A stretch of DNA of 64,000 nt, from assembly GCA_013265495.1 (NCBI GenBank), contig MU057865.1:1054001-1118000 (forward strand), read 5' to 3'. The translations under genes and the position numbers were made by a program. A model generated the notes under the pieces. It was given only the letters and a program-made list of their open reading frames with translations. It did no database searches and was not told where the DNA came from. The stretch comes from Vicugna vicugna (lineage: Eukaryota). Positions 61,231 through 64,000 of this stretch are shown here, one piece after another; positions within the stretch are counted from its first letter, which is position 1; the number at the start of each line of letters is the position of its first letter.

Positions 61231-63617
61231 TACTCCCCATCTCGCTTCACAGAGGGAACAGACATTACATTTTATGTCTGTAGTGGAGGGAAAACACATC
61301 CTTCTTTCTTTTCTTTTCTCTTTTTTTCCCATAGTATAGGTTTTCCCTAGATCTGGTTGAAAAACTTACTCCCCTACGACTCACAACTCCTTTGACTACA
61401 AGTCTCCCACTTTCTCTAAAAGCTCATCAACTTTCACTGTCCCTTGTGTATATCATGGATTTGACCAGTTTTCAGAGAATAAGATTGCCTCAAGGTTAAA
61501 GTCAAATGAATGTGCAAAATTTCAGAAGAGGATAGTCAAGTCAGGACTAGATTGATAAAAAAGCACCTCCAACATGGGAGTGGGAAACAAAGCTGAGTAC
61601 GTTAGAAAGAGAAGAAAGCACAGAAAAACAAGTTATAGTTGGAACATCTAGAAAGTAGCTTAGAATTTAAACTTAGTATTGGTGGAGGTTAAGCCTAGCT
61701 TCCCTCTGTGTTAAACAGTAACCTGATTAGTGCCTGCCTGAATTTCCCCACAGGGTTTATTGCAAGGATCCAAGGAAAAAAAATTATGATCATAAAGCTG
61801 CAAAATCTGAGAGCTTAAAAATATATTAGACCTGATTAAGTACTGAATGATTAGCAAAATCATGGAAGCGTAAGTTGGAAGGAAAAGTGATATAAAATTT
61901 TTGCCTTAACTTTTCTTCATGTCTAAGGTAAGAAGCAGACACACAAGGAGTTACAAGTTGGCACCTTTAACTGTCATGTTTATTCTTGGTTGTTCTAATG
62001 AAACACAGGGGATGGGTAAATTCAGTGGGATATTTGATACTTTTCCATGAAAGTTACATCTGTTACATGATTTTTAACATCTTACGCCAAGGTTGTTAGT
62101 GTCATTTCAGAACTGTAAAAGAGGATGTGATACCTTGTATCCTTGGCAGAGCTGGGTCATGACTCATCTCCAGTTGCTGTTCTCTGGGCTGGGAACATGA
62201 AGGGTTTCCATGGAGCAGAATTATCTCAGGAAAGCCTATTTGCCATTCAGCCTTTGGGGATCAGCAGAAGGTGTACCAGTCTTCTGCTCCACTCTCTAAG
62301 AGTCTGAACTAACATCATCATTTGGGGAATACATTTGCCAATTAGTCCTGAACACAGAATGTTATTTGCAGAAAGCAAATTTCCAATTAATCTTGAGGTG
62401 GGGGATGTAGCCTAGTGTTGTTTCCTGTTCTCCCTAATGAGATGGTGCTTGGCAGCCTTTTTGGAGCATGTGGTGGGAGAGTTGCAGTTGCTCAGCTGGG
62501 GAGAGGAAAGGAACTCGAAAGTCAGATAAAGAAAGTTCTGGATATTCACTGGGTGCATGGTAGAGCAGTCATATTTTCCCTGAATATAAATGTAAGACAG
62601 TTATACTGGGGGCTTCCAAAAGCATTGATATCTTTAAGAATTTAAGGTTCCAGCACATGCCAGGGAAAATGATAAATATGAGGCATAGGAACTACAGAAA
62701 GAAGGCACTGAGGAGAATATACCCAGGCTAGAATCAGCCTTAATAGTCAGCTTTTGATTATGTTATTTTAAAAAGTTCTCATGAAAAAAAATTTTTCCAT
62801 GTTTTAATAGAAAATTGAGCAAAACAAAATCAAGCAGGAATAAAGAAAATAATTCCATGATTTATAGTGAAAAGAGGCCATAATAAATGTCAAAGATGCT
62901 GCCCAAAGGTGGCATTGTTTAAATTTTGGAGTAGAAATATTTGGAGTCTGTATAGGCAACGTACATCTTCATCTGGGAGGAAGGTTTAATTGTTGGGCGT
63001 CGGTCAGTGGCTACGGGGCAGAACACAAAGTGACCCACACAGGACAGAACAGCCTGGAGACGGGATCATCACTGCTCCAGCACAGGAGGGTTGGTCATCG
63101 TTGAGAGGGCAGCCCCTCTCTCTCGGTTCTGTCTTCTGAGCATCTCAGAGTAACCTCCTCGGCTGTCAAACAGAACTCTGTCCCTTTCAGACCACTCAAG
63201 GCTGGTACTAGGATGTTTTTTTTTTTTTCCCCTTGGAAACAAATTTCTCATTGGGGCAGGTTGTTCTAATTAAGGGGGGTAGAGAGATACACTGGTCAGG
63301 GCAGCAAAAACTTAGTCAGGGTCTTAATTCACAAGGAGGCTTAGCCAGACATCTGGCTCTAGGTATTTCGGCAGACTTCAGCCTGATTTATGTTTGAATG
63401 AAATCCAAGACACAACTATATTCAAATTCTTGGAACTTGGCACCTATACTATTGAATTATTGTTTTCACCCAGTTTCCATTGTTTCTTCCCAGTATTTAC
63501 TAGTGAAATCCTAAAGGAGTTTGTTTCAGACATAGATAGTAAATTAAGAAAGAAATGAGAAATGTTCTCAATTTTTCATTGACTCTTAGGAGAAATTAGT
63601 CTATACTGACTGTGAAG

Positions 63618-63811
63618 CAGGGGTGGGCTAGAGTTCTGACCAGCTGATGAGAGGTGGCTGTGTCCGACTTCCAGCTTCACAACGTGACATCCTGTTGGTA
63701 GCTGAATGGCCACACTGAGGTTATTTATACCCAATAAATTGGGAAATGCTACAAATCAGTGTTTCCCCCCAAGAGACAGCCAGTTCTGAGCTGCTTACCA
63801 GCACGCAACTG
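63618..63811. mobile_element. MER63-like hAT-Blackjack element
   Basis: caggggtgggctagag...ggtagctgaatggcca...tatttatacc...aaattgggaaatgctacaaatcag...ttaccagcacgcaactg. Confidence 0.75.
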
Positions 63812-64000
63812 ATGCTGGGCGGTGTCCGCTAGAAAGGATATACGAATCGCCAAAGCTGGAGTAACAGTGAGGTCACTGATGGAATGATAGTTCAAGCCAG
63901 TCAATACCGTAGAGAATATTTAATATGGGAGACTATTCTTCAAACATCGATAAACAAATAAATACAAACATTCAAAGAAAACAGTGAGTAATCACATAGT

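Overview
AT-rich, CpG-depleted mammalian genomic DNA. It is very likely camelid (alpaca/llama/camel), because it carries four tRNA-Ala-derived Vic-1-type SINEs. I recognise no cellular protein-coding exon. The only ORFs with recognisable homology are LINE-1 ORF2 remnants, and the rest look like chance ORFs. A large part of the window is interspersed repeat: L1, L2, CR1/L3, MIR, six ERV1-type solo LTRs (all on the minus strand), MaLR/MLT1 elements including an LTR-internal-LTR provirus, and hAT MER elements. There are also microsatellites and one 28-N gap. All repeat family names are from recall of consensus sequences, not from a search. The most notable observations are: (1) two L1MC-type 3' ends 29 kb apart that share identical CpG-retaining, G4-rich blocks (gene conversion, a young subfamily, or an assembly artefact); (2) an 18-nt minus-strand microexon candidate with SRRM4-type architecture; (3) a possible minus-strand spliced transcript ending in a 3'UTR-like exon at about 26.5-27.9 kb; (4) a 5'-inverted L1 that contains a tail-only retro-insertion with a perfect 16-bp TSD; (5) tandem expansions inside LTRs. 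I found no evidence for a novel multi-gene system, and all exon and enhancer calls are unverified inferences.
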